In this document: positions 20,738-31,311 of the stretch, in pieces
Position numbering within the stretch: the first letter of the stretch is position 1
How the letters are laid out: each line of letters begins with the position of its first letter
From: Candidatus Sericytochromatia bacterium
GTDB taxonomy: Bacteria; Cyanobacteriota; Sericytochromatia; S15B-MN24; UBA4093
Direction of reading: 5' to 3'
Assembly: GCA_036676985.1 (NCBI GenBank)
Contig: JAKFBU010000027.1
Span: 64,001-128,000 of the forward strand
Length of the DNA: 64,000 nucleotides
Program-made: the position numbers and the translations under genes
The notes under the pieces: generated by a model
The model's database searches: none
The model's input: only the letters and a program-made list of their open reading frames with translations
What the model was told of the DNA's origin: nothing

Positions 20738-22345
20738 TCCCTCGACCCGGCCCTCCTGGACCCCCTGCTGAAGCGGATCGCGACCCTCAACCCGACCTTC
20801 GATGCCATCAGCGTCTTCGACTCGAACGGCGACCACCGAGGTTTCGGGCACCCGACCCTGCTGCCCGAGCCGCGCGTCAACATCGCCGTGCAGCCCCTCT
20901 TCCGGGCAGTGATGGCCACCAACGCCCCGGCCCTGTCGGGCGTGATCTTCCTGCCGCGGCTGCGCTTGCCTGGCATCGCCGTCGGCGTGCCGATCCGAGA
21001 CGTGAGCGGAAAAGCCGTCGGCATCGTCACGGTGGCCATGTCCACGGCTCAGCTCGCCGACCACTACCAGGAAACCCGGCTCCGGCCCGGCCAGACGATC
21101 GTGCTGCTGAACCAGGAGGGCCGGATAGTCTTCCACACCGGGCAACGGGACCCGGCTCCCGAGGTCATGGATGCCTTCCGAGACCTGCCCGACGTCCGCT
21201 GGGCTCTCTCGGGCCCCCCCCGAACGGACGCCTATTTCGAGAGCCCCGTCTTCCATGACGTCCGTCTGGGAGCCTTCGTGCCGACCGAGCCGCATGGCTG
21301 GGTGGTCGGCGTGACCATTTTGCGCGCGGTGGCCCTGGCCCCCGCCTATGCCGCCCTCCGCCGCAACGTGGTGGCCTTCGCCGTCTTCCTGCTCTTCAGC
21401 GTGGGACTGGCAGCCTGGCTTACAAGGCGCTTCGTCACGCCCGTGCGGCATCTCTAGCAGGCCGCTCACGCGCTCGGGCAGGGCGACCTGTCGACCCGGG
21501 TGCGTCTCGCGACCGGAGACGAGATCGAACGGCTCGGGAGGGCGTTCAATGCGATGGCCTCCCAGATCCAGGATCGAGAGGCGGAACGCACCCGCCTCAT
21601 CACCCAGGAGGCCTCGGCTCGGGCCGAGACCGAGGCCTTGAAACACCTCGACAAGCTCAAGAGCGATTTCGTCAACGCCGTCTCCCACGAGTTGCGCACG
21701 CCCCTGACCTTGATCAAGGGCTACGCCGAGTTCCTGGAGGACGAGATCGGGGGGCCACTCACGTCGCAGCAGGGTGAGTTCGTCGCGCAGATCGAGGCCA
21801 GCACGCTGCGCCTCCAGCGATTGGTGGACGACCTGCTCGACTTCGCTCGGATGGAGGCGGGCACCTTTGCGCTGCACTGCCTCGATACCGACCTGGTCGA
21901 CAAGATCCAGGAGATCCTGGCCAGCATGACCCCCCAGGCTCAGGCGGCCCAGATCACCCTGGAGGCCTCCTTGCCTTCCGAGCCCCTCCCGGTCCGCATG
22001 GATCCGCAGCGCATCGACCAGGTCCTCACCAACCTCATCAACAACGCGATCAAGTTCACGCCCGAGGGGGGCCGGATCGTGGTGCGATTCTCATCCCAGG
22101 GGGATCGGATCCGCTGCGAAGTGGAGGACACGGGCATCGGGATCGCGCCCGAGGACGTCCCCAAGCTTTTCCAGCGCTTCGGGCAGCTCGAGGCCGGTAC
22201 CGGCAAGGTTGGCGGCACCGGACTCGGACTCTCCATCAGCAAGGCCATCGTCGAAGCCCATGGCGGCACCATCGGCGTGACGAGCGAACCAGGCAAGGGC
22301 AGCGTCTTCTGGTTCACCCTGCCGCGGCAGAGCACCGCGTGCTGA
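20738..22345 (+). pseudogene. Cache-HAMP histidine kinase lacking its N-terminus, with an in-frame TAG at 21455
   Basis: Cache-like region and TM2, then HAMP read through the stop (PVRHL*QAAHALGQGDLSTRV..DEIERLGRAFNAM), SHELRTPL, NAIKF, DTGIG, GTGLGL. Confidence 0.8.
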
Positions 22346-22369
22346 AGGGGCGGCCGCGAGGCGCCGAGG

Positions 22370-23341
22370 TTAGGCCCGCCCCTGGGAGGGGGCCCCGCCC
22401 AGGGGGCCGCAAACGCCGGTTTCCATGTCGCATGCCATGCCCCCGGCATCCCATGCGACGGGATCCTTGAATAGCCCCCCGGCGACCGGACCTTGGGCCG
22501 AGGCCAGCTCCCAGAGCTCGCCGGTCCGGAGCGCGATCCGCCGGATCCCTCCTTGACCTTCCAGCTCGGCTCGCAGCTCGGATACCGGCTTGCCGAGCAT
22601 CTCGGCGAGCTCCCGCGTGGTCAGGGCGCCATACTCGGCGAGCAGCTCCGGGAGACGGCGCGGGGCATGGAGCGTCAGGTCGGGGGCGACGCGGCTCAGA
22701 ACGTCCTGGAAGGTGGCGAAGTCGCGGGCGCCGGCCAAGAGGATGGGGCGGGACGTGTCCTCCGGATCGGCGCTCATGAAGAGGAAGGTCGGGAAGGATC
22801 GGATGCCGACCTGGGCGCCGAGCTGCCGATCCGCCATGAAGGCATGTTGGGCCGTACCATCGGCGATCGCCTGCGTGAAGGCCGCAAGGTCGAGCCCCGA
22901 GGTGTCTTGGGCCACTGCCTCATAGACCTTGGGGTCCGACGCATTGCGACCTTCCGCCTGGGCCGCCCTCCGCAAGCGGCGCAGGAAGGACTCGCCCAGG
23001 GTGTCACCCTGCAAGGCCGCGGCCTTGACGGCGATGCAGGCAGGCCAGGTCCCCCAGTGGGCATCTTGGTTCTCGCGCATGAAGCTGCCGTCGATGGGCT
23101 GACCGGTGCGCCGCCCGACCTCCTCCCAGTGCGGGGCGACGTCGGCGGTCGAGGAGATGCCGTTCAGCGGATCCGTGAAGGCGGCCATGTCCTCGACCAG
23201 CCCCCCCATGACCGGCTGGATGCGCACCTGATCTCGGTAGACCTCTCTTGCGCGGTACAGCACCGGCTCCATGGCCCAGCACCAGGAGCAGAAGGGGTCG
23301 CTGAAGGAGAGGATGTCGACCTTGGGGGCATGGGGCGTCAT
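22370..23341 (-). CDS. DsbA family (YjbH/FrnE-like) protein
   Basis: DPFCSWCW, cis-Pro SFPTF, C-terminal CDMETGVC; AAAGGA RBS. Confidence 0.88.
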   Translation of the reverse strand: MTPHAPKVDILSFSDPFCSWCWAMEPVLYRAREVYRDQVRIQPVMGGLVEDMAAFTDPLNGISSTADVAPHWEEVGRRTGQPIDGSFMRENQDAHWGTWPACIAVKAAALQGDTLGESFLRRLRRAAQAEGRNASDPKVYEAVAQDTSGLDLAAFTQAIADGTAQHAFMADRQLGAQVGIRSFPTFLFMSADPEDTSRPILLAGARDFATFQDVLSRVAPDLTLHAPRRLPELLAEYGALTTRELAEMLGKPVSELRAELEGQGGIRRIALRTGELWELASAQGPVAGGLFKDPVAWDAGGMACDMETGVCGPLGGAPSQGRA

Positions 23342-23356
23342 GGCACGCGCGTCCTT

Positions 23357-23385
23357 TCTTGAAATAAAGACTCTCGATGTAGAGA
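23357..23385. promoter_or_regulatory. Two tandem MhqR-like MarR operators
   Basis: TCTTGAAATAAAGA and TCTCGATGTAGAGA (TCT-n2-A-n2-T-n2-AGA); same core recurs at 23874-23887. Confidence 0.6.
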
Positions 23386-23403
23386 GATTAGGGCAAAAAA
23401 TCG

Positions 23404-23853
23404 CTAACGTTCCTGTAGGCCGAGCTTCCGACAGAGGCGGCGGAGTTCGTCCTGCTCGGCGGCCGTGAGCACGGAGAGGTCGGCCCGGACGGCCTCGACC
23501 TGATGGGGGAAGACCTCCGCGATGAGGGCATCGCCCGCTTCCGTGAGGTGGATGGTGATCATGCGGCGATCGCTCTGATCGCGTTCCCGGCGGATCAGGC
23601 CCCGCTTTTCCAGGTTGTCCAGGATCAGCGTGACGTTGCCGGAGCTCTTGAGGAGCTTGGAGCAAAGGTCCCGGGGGCTCAGGGGCCCCAGGTGGTGCAG
23701 GATCTCCAGCACGCCGAACTGGCTGATGCTCAGGCCGACCTTTGCCAGGTGCCGATGGACCCGCGCGGACACGGAGTCGCTCGCTCGCATCAGGGCGATG
23801 TAGGCGTTGAGGGAGCGGATCTCATCGGGGGAGCCGGAGTACCGGGTGGGCAT
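23404..23853 (-). CDS. MarR family regulator (MhqR-like)
   Basis: GLSISQFGVLEILHHLGPL, SSGNVTLILDNLEKRG, DRR. Confidence 0.93.
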   Translation of the reverse strand: MPTRYSGSPDEIRSLNAYIALMRASDSVSARVHRHLAKVGLSISQFGVLEILHHLGPLSPRDLCSKLLKSSGNVTLILDNLEKRGLIRRERDQSDRRMITIHLTEAGDALIAEVFPHQVEAVRADLSVLTAAEQDELRRLCRKLGLQER

Positions 23854-23871
23854 GGAATCCTCTAGCTGAAG

Positions 23872-23889
23872 TGTCTCTAACTCAAGATA
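23872..23889. promoter_or_regulatory. MhqR-like autoregulatory operator
   Basis: Minus strand TATCTTGAGTTAGAGACA resembles the TATCT-N8-AGATA MhqR box, directly upstream of the marR gene. Confidence 0.65.
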
Positions 23890-23909
23890 TCTCCATGGGA
23901 CGCAAGGCG

Positions 23910-26273
23910 TCAACCCGTGGCAGCGGCCGGGATGGTCTCGGTCAGTACCAGAGGCAGGCTGAACCAGAACGTGCTGCCCATTCCTGGCTCGCTTCGCACC
24001 CCGATGGTGCCGCCATGGGCCTCAACCAGGGCCTTGCTAATGCTGAGTCCCAGTCCGGTGCCGGACTTCTTGAGCGCTCCGGCTTCGAGCTGGCTGAAGC
24101 GCCGGAAGAGCTTGGAGAGGTCCTCGGACGCGATGCCGACGCCCGTGTCCACGACCTCGCAGACGATCCGATCCTCCTCCTGGCGCGCGCGCACTTCGAT
24201 CCGCCCGTTGGGAGGAGTGAACTTGATCGCGTTGCCGATCAGATTGGCGAGGACCCGCTCGATCCGCTCCGGGTCCAGACTCAGCGTGACGGGAGGCTCG
24301 GGCAATACCGCTTCGAGACGGAGCGACTTCTCGTCGGACTGGGGCTTGAGGCTCTCGACGACCTCCCGGATCTTGAGCGTGAGATCGGTCGGCTCGCAGC
24401 GCAGGCGAAAGGTGCCCGCATCCATGCGGGCAAAATCGAGCATGTCGTTGACCATGCCCTCTAGCCGCTTGGCGCTTTTCTCGATCTGGCCCACGTAGTC
24501 GCGCTGCTCCGGGGTGATGGGGCCTCCCATGCCGTCCTCGATGAACTCGGCATAGCCGAGGATGCTGGTCAAGGGCGTGCGCAGGTCGTGGCTGACCGAG
24601 TTGACGAAGTCGCTCTTGAGCCGGTCGAGTTCCTTGAGCTTTTCGTAGTTCGAGCGCAGCTGATCCTCGAGGCGCCGGCGCACGCTCACGTCCGTCGCCA
24701 CCCCGAGCACCCCGACGATCTTCTCGTCCGTCTGGCTGCGCAACGGGGTGAACCACACGTCGAACGCCACGTCCTGGAACTCCAGCGACTCGCGGAACGA
24801 CTCGCCCGCCAAGGCCCGGCGATAGCTCGAAATGAACGACGGAAAGGCCGAGAAGACCTCGTCGATGGTGCGGCCGGCCAGAGATTCGGGCTGCAGGGCC
24901 AGCGACGCGAGGCCCAGGCCACGGGCCAGCAAGATGCGGCCGTCAGCGTCGAGGTCGAACAGAAAGACCGGGGAGTTGTCGACAACGGTCTGCATGCGGA
25001 ACTGCGTATCGCGCAGGGCTTTCTCCAGCTGCTCGCGCTCGGTGATGTCCCGCGAAATCGTGATGGTCCCGAGGAGCTCGCCATCGAGCGAACGGTAGGG
25101 ATACTTGGAGCTGAGAAAGGCGCGCTCCTCCCCGTGCACGGTCTGGATTCGCATCACGTAGGTGCTCGGCGCGCCGGACTCCATCACGCCGCGATCGCTC
25201 TCCTGGATGCGACGGACGGACGCAGCGTCGAAGCTCGCGCCGAAGAGCTCGGAATCCCGCCGTCCGAGGATGTCTGAGAGGGGTCGGCCCAGCAGCTCGG
25301 CGAGGGCAGGGTTGGCCAACAGGAAGCGCCCTTCGCGATCGCGGATCACGATGATGTCGGGCGACGTGTTGACCAGCGTGGCCAGCTTGATCTCGCGATC
25401 GAACAGCGCTTCCTCCATCCGGGCGAAGGCCCTGCTTTGCCACCAGAGCAGGGCTGAGCTGAGCGCGGCGACGCCGGTCGCCGACAGCGCGGCACCGAAG
25501 GGCTTGTCGTACCCCCAGATCGGCTCGCCCCACAGCCTGAAAAAGCCGAGCATGACCGGGATCAGCACCAGGGCGGGCAGTAGTCGCCTGAGCATCCGGC
25601 TGCTGAGGCGATTGCTCGTGAGCCTGGCCATGAGGCCCTCGTCCGGTCGCGCGCAAAGCACGCCGAACGCGACGGCCGTGAAGGCGAGGGCCGTGTTTAG
25701 GGCCATGGAGATGTAGTCGGGCCCCAGGCGCGTGAACGGGGCGGCCCGGTAGAGGTGCCCGATCAGCGGCAAGAAGGATACGATCAAGACGGCGACCGCC
25801 AGTCCCTGGGACAGCCGCAGGCGACGTGCCTTGCTATCCAGGTGCCACAGCGCAAGGCCGAGCAACACGAAGTTGAAGGCGGTGTTCGGCGCCATGCGGT
25901 TGGGGGGCGAGGCGCGTTCCAGCTCTGCAGCGAACAGCCACTGATCGAGGCGGGGTCCCCAACCGAACAGGTACTCGACGAGCCGGCTAGCGCCGAGCAC
26001 GATGAGCGCCAGCGCCGCTGCCAGTGCCCAGCGGCGCCCTGGCCGCTCGTCAGGGTCCGAGCGCCACCTCCACAGCGCCGACGCCGCCAGGATGAACCCT
26101 ACGGCGGTGGCGGGGTTCATGGCGACCCCCTCGCGGCTCAAGGATTTGAGCAGCGGCACGTCGAGCCACCAACCGATCAGCACGAGGGCGCCCGTCGCCG
26201 TGGCGCCAAGGCTGGCCGCCATGGTGATGTGGCGGCAAGTTCGGAGGGTGCGAGGATCGATGGAGGCATACAT
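23910..26273 (-). CDS. Membrane sensor histidine kinase with two PAS domains
   Basis: Multiple TMs with repeated MxxNTA motif, two PAS, SHDLRTPL, NAIKF, GTGLGL. Confidence 0.93.
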   Translation of the reverse strand: MYASIDPRTLRTCRHITMAASLGATATGALVLIGWWLDVPLLKSLSREGVAMNPATAVGFILAASALWRWRSDPDERPGRRWALAAALALIVLGASRLVEYLFGWGPRLDQWLFAAELERASPPNRMAPNTAFNFVLLGLALWHLDSKARRLRLSQGLAVAVLIVSFLPLIGHLYRAAPFTRLGPDYISMALNTALAFTAVAFGVLCARPDEGLMARLTSNRLSSRMLRRLLPALVLIPVMLGFFRLWGEPIWGYDKPFGAALSATGVAALSSALLWWQSRAFARMEEALFDREIKLATLVNTSPDIIVIRDREGRFLLANPALAELLGRPLSDILGRRDSELFGASFDAASVRRIQESDRGVMESGAPSTYVMRIQTVHGEERAFLSSKYPYRSLDGELLGTITISRDITEREQLEKALRDTQFRMQTVVDNSPVFLFDLDADGRILLARGLGLASLALQPESLAGRTIDEVFSAFPSFISSYRRALAGESFRESLEFQDVAFDVWFTPLRSQTDEKIVGVLGVATDVSVRRRLEDQLRSNYEKLKELDRLKSDFVNSVSHDLRTPLTSILGYAEFIEDGMGGPITPEQRDYVGQIEKSAKRLEGMVNDMLDFARMDAGTFRLRCEPTDLTLKIREVVESLKPQSDEKSLRLEAVLPEPPVTLSLDPERIERVLANLIGNAIKFTPPNGRIEVRARQEEDRIVCEVVDTGVGIASEDLSKLFRRFSQLEAGALKKSGTGLGLSISKALVEAHGGTIGVRSEPGMGSTFWFSLPLVLTETIPAAATG

Positions 26274-26529
26274 GGCGGTGCAGGCTCCCTGTCTCGGCTC
26301 GGACGCTTTCGCGGCGTTGAAGTAGAGACCGTGACCCGACACCGCCGAGCAAACTCCCCGCCTGATCATAGTGCGGCGCGGAGTGAAATCAATCGCCGCC
26401 TGCTCGCATCGCGGACGACCTCCGCCATCGGCTCGGATCCCGCGCAGGGTACCCGCGGCAGGATTCTCGGCGTGGGCAACCCCGACTTCTTCAAGGGGGC
26501 GCCGGCTGACATGCTTTCAGACGTATCAC

Positions 26530-26556
26530 TAGAGAGGAGGGAGTCCCTCCTCTCTA
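26530..26556. terminator. Hairpin downstream of the SDR gene
   Basis: TAGAGAGGAGGG-AGT-CCCTCCTCTCTA. Confidence 0.55.
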
Positions 26557-26584
26557 CCCCCACGATCATGGAACGGTCAGTGGC

Positions 26585-27355
26585 TTAGCGGGCCTCTACG
26601 TAGCCGGCGTCAACGTGCAGCGTCGTGCCCGTCACGTAAGACGACTGGTCCGAGGCTAGCCAAAGACTGGCTTGGGCCACTTCCTCCGGCTTTCCGAAGC
26701 GATTCAGCAGGCTGAGCGCCGGGGCGAACTGCTCCTCGGTCAGGTTGAACTGCACCAGGGCGTTGCGCAGCATGGGGGTGTCGATGGCTCCGGGGGCCAC
26801 GGCATTGACCCGGATCTTGTGCGGCCCGTACTCCATGGCGGCCACCTTGGTGATCCCGTTCACCCCGTGCTTGGCGGCGACGTAGGCCAGGGTGGTGGCC
26901 TGGGGTCTGAACCCGCTGACGGACGAGATGTTGATGATGGACCCGCCGTCGCCCTGGGCGAGCATCTGACGAAGCTCGTACTTCAGGCACAGGGCCGTGC
27001 CCTTGAGGTCGACAGACATGAGCCGGTCCCAGTAGTCCTCGTCAAACTCCGCCACCGGCTTGTCGTCGGGGGTGAGCGCCGCGTTGTTCACGGCCACGTC
27101 CAGTCGCCCGAAGGTGTCCACGGTCTCCCGGACCATGGCCTGCACCTGTTCGGACTTGGAGATGTCGACCTTCACGAAGTGGGCGGTGCCGCCGGCCCCG
27201 GTGATGGCCGCGGTCACCGCGCGGCCCTTCTCCTCGTTGAAATCGGCGACGACCACCTTGGCGCCGGCGGCGGCGAACAGCTTCGCCGTCGCCTCGCCCA
27301 TGCCCATGGCCGCACCCGTGATGATGGCGACCTTTCCTGCGAGCACTTGACTCAT
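26585..27355 (-). CDS. Short-chain dehydrogenase/reductase
   Basis: TGAAMGMG, NNAA, YVAAK. Confidence 0.95.
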   Translation of the reverse strand: MSQVLAGKVAIITGAAMGMGEATAKLFAAAGAKVVVADFNEEKGRAVTAAITGAGGTAHFVKVDISKSEQVQAMVRETVDTFGRLDVAVNNAALTPDDKPVAEFDEDYWDRLMSVDLKGTALCLKYELRQMLAQGDGGSIINISSVSGFRPQATTLAYVAAKHGVNGITKVAAMEYGPHKIRVNAVAPGAIDTPMLRNALVQFNLTEEQFAPALSLLNRFGKPEEVAQASLWLASDQSSYVTGTTLHVDAGYVEAR

Positions 27356-27413
27356 GATGAACTCCTTTCGAGGATTGGGGGTGACAGTTGTGGGGGAGAG
27401 ACCGGCGACGCCA

Positions 27414-28946
27414 TCAGCGCCGCGCGATCTGGAGCGCAGACGCCTCGGGTGGCGTCAGGGCAAGGCTGGCACGGCCCGCGGAGCCCGGAGCCAGACGCTG
27501 GGCATGAGCCTGGATGTCCGTGAGTGCCTGGCGCAGCCATGCTGCTTCTTCGCGCACCGCTTGGACCTCTTGCCGAACGGCCTCGCCCGACCGTTCCGCC
27601 CGACGGAGGGCCTCTTCGGCAAGCCGGATCGGCCCGCTGGTCGGCATCGCCCCCGTCACTTCGAACGTTCTGGACGGCTGATCGGCCAGGCGTTTCATCT
27701 CCTGAAGAAACGGACCATAGAACTCGAGCTCGGAGTGGCTGATGACGGTCATGGCCTCGATCTTCTCTGCGGTCTGGGAGACCATGGCCGCGATCGCGGT
27801 CAAACCGTCCCCCGCATGCTGCGCGACGGTGACAGCCGATTGGATGGCAGCTTCGCCCTGTTGTGAGCTCTCGATCGCTTGATCCGTTGCCGACTGGATG
27901 CCTTGGACCAGGCCGGTAATGTCGCGAGTCGTCCGGGCGGCCCGTTCGGCGAGCTTGCGAACCTCGTCCGCCACGACGGCGAAGCCGCGGCCGTTCTCGC
28001 CGGCACGCGCCGCTTCGATGGCGGCATTGAGCGCGAGCAAGTTGGTCTGGTCGGAAATCTCCTCGATCAGGCTCACGAACCCGCTGATCTGTTCGGCCCG
28101 TTGACCGAGCGACGCCACGACCTCGACCAAAGCATGCATGTGAATGCCGATTTGCTCGATCTCCGCGGCATTGTCCCTGGCCACGGTCGCACCGGTCTCG
28201 ATGGCACTGGCCGAGGCGAGGGTGAACGACTGGGCCTCTGCGGCGAGCTGCTCGAGTCGTTGCATCGTGGCAGCGCGCTCCTCACTTGCCGCCCAGGCAC
28301 GCCGCCAGTGCCGGGTGCTGTGGGCTTGTTCCTCGCTGACGGCCGTGAAGCGGTTGGTCATGACCGCTTGAGCCGTTTGCAGCTCCGCGTCCAGTTGCTG
28401 CAGGCTCTGCCCGGCGCTCTGCTGGAGCGCGACGCACTCCGCGATTCTAGCGTCGAGCGCGGTGTCGTCCGGACCCCATGCGCTGCGATGCTGGGCCTGA
28501 GCGAGGACCGAACCCAGTTGCCTGAGTCCGAGACCGATCCGCTCCATCTCCCGGCGCTGCTCGCCCTGAACCAGTGCGACCTCCCGAGCGATCGCGCGGA
28601 TCCCGTCTCGGACCGTCCCGGCCTCCGGGACGGGGACTCCGAGAGCCTCTGCCAGGCCGCTCAATTCGGCGCGCCCCCCTTCGTCCGCTCGCGTCAGCAT
28701 GCGACGGGCCGCCCACGTCACGATGCCCAGGGCCGAGGCCATCAACCCGAGACCTGCGGCTAGGGTCCATGGGCGTAGCCCCGCCAAGACGACCAGCCCC
28801 GTCCCGAGTCCGGCGAGCGCGAGGGCGAACGCCTGTGTGGCGAGCAGGCCCCAGGGCGGCGTCTTTGGGATGCGAGCATATCCCCCCGCGCCGACGAGGA
28901 CGCTGGCGAGGATCGGAAGAAGCAGGCTACCGAGTAGCAGGGACAT
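27414..28946 (-). CDS. Methyl-accepting chemotaxis protein
   Basis: [38 protein letters not shown] hairpin tip; N-terminal TMs. Confidence 0.93.
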   Translation of the reverse strand: MSLLLGSLLLPILASVLVGAGGYARIPKTPPWGLLATQAFALALAGLGTGLVVLAGLRPWTLAAGLGLMASALGIVTWAARRMLTRADEGGRAELSGLAEALGVPVPEAGTVRDGIRAIAREVALVQGEQRREMERIGLGLRQLGSVLAQAQHRSAWGPDDTALDARIAECVALQQSAGQSLQQLDAELQTAQAVMTNRFTAVSEEQAHSTRHWRRAWAASEERAATMQRLEQLAAEAQSFTLASASAIETGATVARDNAAEIEQIGIHMHALVEVVASLGQRAEQISGFVSLIEEISDQTNLLALNAAIEAARAGENGRGFAVVADEVRKLAERAARTTRDITGLVQGIQSATDQAIESSQQGEAAIQSAVTVAQHAGDGLTAIAAMVSQTAEKIEAMTVISHSELEFYGPFLQEMKRLADQPSRTFEVTGAMPTSGPIRLAEEALRRAERSGEAVRQEVQAVREEAAWLRQALTDIQAHAQRLAPGSAGRASLALTPPEASALQIARR

Positions 28947-29117
28947 GGGGGCCTCCGTTCTTGAAAGGGCAGCCGGTGACGCTGCCGTGGCATGGCGCGG
29001 CCAGGGCCGAGCGGCCCGCGCGTCCTGAACGGGCGCGAGCCGAAGGGGGCCGCATGGCCGCAAGTGGCCTTGTCGCCAGACAAGTGAGGTTGGCAGCGAG
29101 GCTAGAAGCGCGGAATC

Positions 29118-29567
29118 CTAGGTAAACGCACGCTCGAACTCGCCGAGCAGGGCGATCAGTTGGGCCTGATGGTTCGGGGCCACCTTGTCGATGAACTGTT
29201 TGAGATACGCGACGTGGCGTGGAAAGGTCTGCTGAAAGAGCTGCTGGCCCTCGGTGGTCAGCGAGATCACGACCTGGCGCGCGTCTCGCGCACCGCGGCA
29301 GCGGGTCAAGAGGCCCCGTTCCTCGAGTCGATCCAGCACGGGCTTGAGCGTCCCCCGGGTGATGAGCGTCTGGTCGGAGAGCTCGGAGACCGTCATGCCG
29401 GGCGTGTCGCCCAGGACGGTCAGGACGTCGAACTGGGGGAGCGTGAGGCCCATGGTCTCCACGTGTCGGGCGGCAATCCGCTCGGCCTGGCGACTACAGA
29501 CCATGAGCGCTCGAAACGCCGGTAGCTCGGACTCTTGCAGCGACGTCGACAGTTTCGACTTGTTCAC
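29118..29567 (-). CDS. MarR family regulator
   Basis: GLTLPQFDVL, ITRGTL, LDRLEERGL, DAR; GTG start after GGAG. Confidence 0.9.
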   Translation of the reverse strand: MNKSKLSTSLQESELPAFRALMVCSRQAERIAARHVETMGLTLPQFDVLTVLGDTPGMTVSELSDQTLITRGTLKPVLDRLEERGLLTRCRGARDARQVVISLTTEGQQLFQQTFPRHVAYLKQFIDKVAPNHQAQLIALLGEFERAFT

Positions 29568-29694
29568 GGGATGGCTCCGTTCCATGCGAGGGGGGCTTGC
29601 CCCGGGCCCATTCTCCCCCACCCCGCGCCAGACGTCCAGCGTCGCCCCGAAGCTCCCGCTTGGGCGAGGCGGCCGACATGGCAAGGGGTGGAGC

Positions 29695-29724
29695 GTGGCA
29701 GGGGGCGCCGGCGCCCCCTGCCAC
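29695..29724. repeat. Perfect 30-bp palindrome between yceI-like and marR genes
   Basis: GTGGCAGGGGGCGCC|GGCGCCCCCTGCCAC. Confidence 0.85.
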
Positions 29725-29731
29725 CGACGCG

Positions 29732-30274
29732 TTACCCGAGCGCTACCGGCGCGTCCTGAAGCACGGCTTCGATTTCCAGTTCGAGCTTCACCTTCTCGCC
29801 GACCAGCACGCCGCCGGTTTCTAGGGCGGCATTCCAGGTCAGGCCGAACTCCTTGCGGTCGATCGTGCCCCGCACCATGAAGCCGGTCCGGGTGGCGCCC
29901 CAGGGGTCCTTGTGGATTCCTGCGTACTCGGCCTCGAGGGTCACCTCGCGGGTCAGGCCGCGGATGGTCAGGTCGCCGCTCACGCGGTAGTTCTCCGCGT
30001 CGCGGCGCTCGATGCGGCGGCTGACGAACGAGATCGTGGGGTACTGCTCCGCGTCGAAGAAATCCGCCGAGCGCAGGTGCTGGTCGCGATTGGCTTCGCG
30101 CGTGTCCAGGCTCGCGACCGCGATCTCGCCCGAGATCGTCGAGCGCGTGAGGTCGCTCGGGTCGATCTCGAGCGTGCCGGAATACTGCTTGAACTCGCCG
30201 CGCACCGTGGCGATCATCATGTGCTTGACGGAGAAGCCGACGTGGGTGTGGGCGCTGTCGATTTGCCAGTTCAT
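29732..30274 (-). CDS. YceI family polyisoprenoid-binding protein
   Basis: WQIDSAH, FSVKH, RDQHLRSADFFD, DPWG, IDRKEFG. Confidence 0.95.
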   Translation of the reverse strand: MNWQIDSAHTHVGFSVKHMMIATVRGEFKQYSGTLEIDPSDLTRSTISGEIAVASLDTREANRDQHLRSADFFDAEQYPTISFVSRRIERRDAENYRVSGDLTIRGLTREVTLEAEYAGIHKDPWGATRTGFMVRGTIDRKEFGLTWNAALETGGVLVGEKVKLELEIEAVLQDAPVALG

Positions 30275-30344
30275 GGGGGGACTTCCTTTCTTCTGAGGCC
30301 CTGGGGCCGCGCCATCGGGGTTTGACGTGATGTGACGCGCTCGC

Positions 30345-31043
30345 CTACGCGAGATCAAAGAGCAGGACTTCGGCATCCGTGGTGGCGACCAGTCGAAGGG
30401 ATGCTTCTTCCTGAATGCGCACGCCGTCGCCCGTCTCGAGGGGTTGACCGTTGAGCTGGAGGCCGCCGCGCGCCACGTGCAGGTAGTACCTGCGGTCGGC
30501 AAGCGGTTGGTACTCGGCCTGCTCGCCCGCTTTCAGCACCCGGGCGTAGAGCCGGGCGTCCTGACGGATCGCCACGGAGCCTTCCGCGCCGTCCGACGAG
30601 GCGAGCAGGCGCCATTGCCCGCGCTTCTCGTCGGCTGCGCAGCGCCGCTGGTCGTAGCGGGGCTTGCTTCCCCGCTCGTTCGGGACGATCCAGATCTGGA
30701 GGAAGTGCACCAGCTCGGACCGGGAATGGTTGAACTCGCTGTGCGTGACGCCGCGCCCGGCGCTCATGTACTGGATGTCGCCGGCTGCGATGACCGATCC
30801 GTTGCCCATCGAGTCCCGGTGTTCGAGCTTGCCGTCCAGGACGTAGGTGAGGATCTCCATGTCCCGGTGGGGGTGGGTGCCGAAGCCCTGTCCGGGCTGC
30901 ACCCGGTCCTCGTTGATGACCCGCAGCGAGGAGAAGCCCATGTGGGCCGGATCGAAGTAACCGGCGAACGAGAAGGTGTGATAGGTATCGAGCCAGCCGT
31001 GATCGGCGTGCCCGCGGTCCTGTCCCGAGCGAAGCGCCAGCAT
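30345..31043 (-). CDS. Pirin family protein (YhhW-like)
   Basis: HGWL..HTFSF, LRVINED, HPHRDMEI, HSEFN. Confidence 0.95.
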   Translation of the reverse strand: MLALRSGQDRGHADHGWLDTYHTFSFAGYFDPAHMGFSSLRVINEDRVQPGQGFGTHPHRDMEILTYVLDGKLEHRDSMGNGSVIAAGDIQYMSAGRGVTHSEFNHSRSELVHFLQIWIVPNERGSKPRYDQRRCAADEKRGQWRLLASSDGAEGSVAIRQDARLYARVLKAGEQAEYQPLADRRYYLHVARGGLQLNGQPLETGDGVRIQEEASLRLVATTDAEVLLFDLA

Positions 31044-31112
31044 GGGGAGTCCTCCTTTGCGGCTTGGGTGGCCGTTGCGCCTCGACCGAGCGCGTGGCGA
31101 GCCGGCAATTGC

Positions 31113-31265
31113 GTCTACGTAGTCACAATATAGGTCTAGTTAGTCCTATTGTCAAGGGCCCTTTCGTTCCGACGCGCGCCGGGGAAAGGGCCTCCGGGCG
31201 CGTCTCTCGCTCTCTTCTTGCGTCGGGGGGGGCGGCTTCGATAGATTTATGTCTACTTAGTCATA
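31113..31265. promoter_or_regulatory. Three GTCTA-NN-TAGTC near-palindromic operators
   Basis: Cores at 31113-31124, 31134-31145 and 31251-31262 in the divergent region between the pirin-yceI-marR operon and a kinase. Confidence 0.65.
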
Positions 31266-31311
31266 GTTGCGGCCATCGGGCCAAATCGTCATGGCGACGG
31301 GAGGGACACGG

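Noticed and set aside
20333-21457. Two in-frame TAG codons as amber recoding or pyrrolysine
   Set aside because: Many intact genes here end at TAG, the same locus has a frameshift and a truncation, and no pyl genes are seen; single-base nonsense mutations explain them
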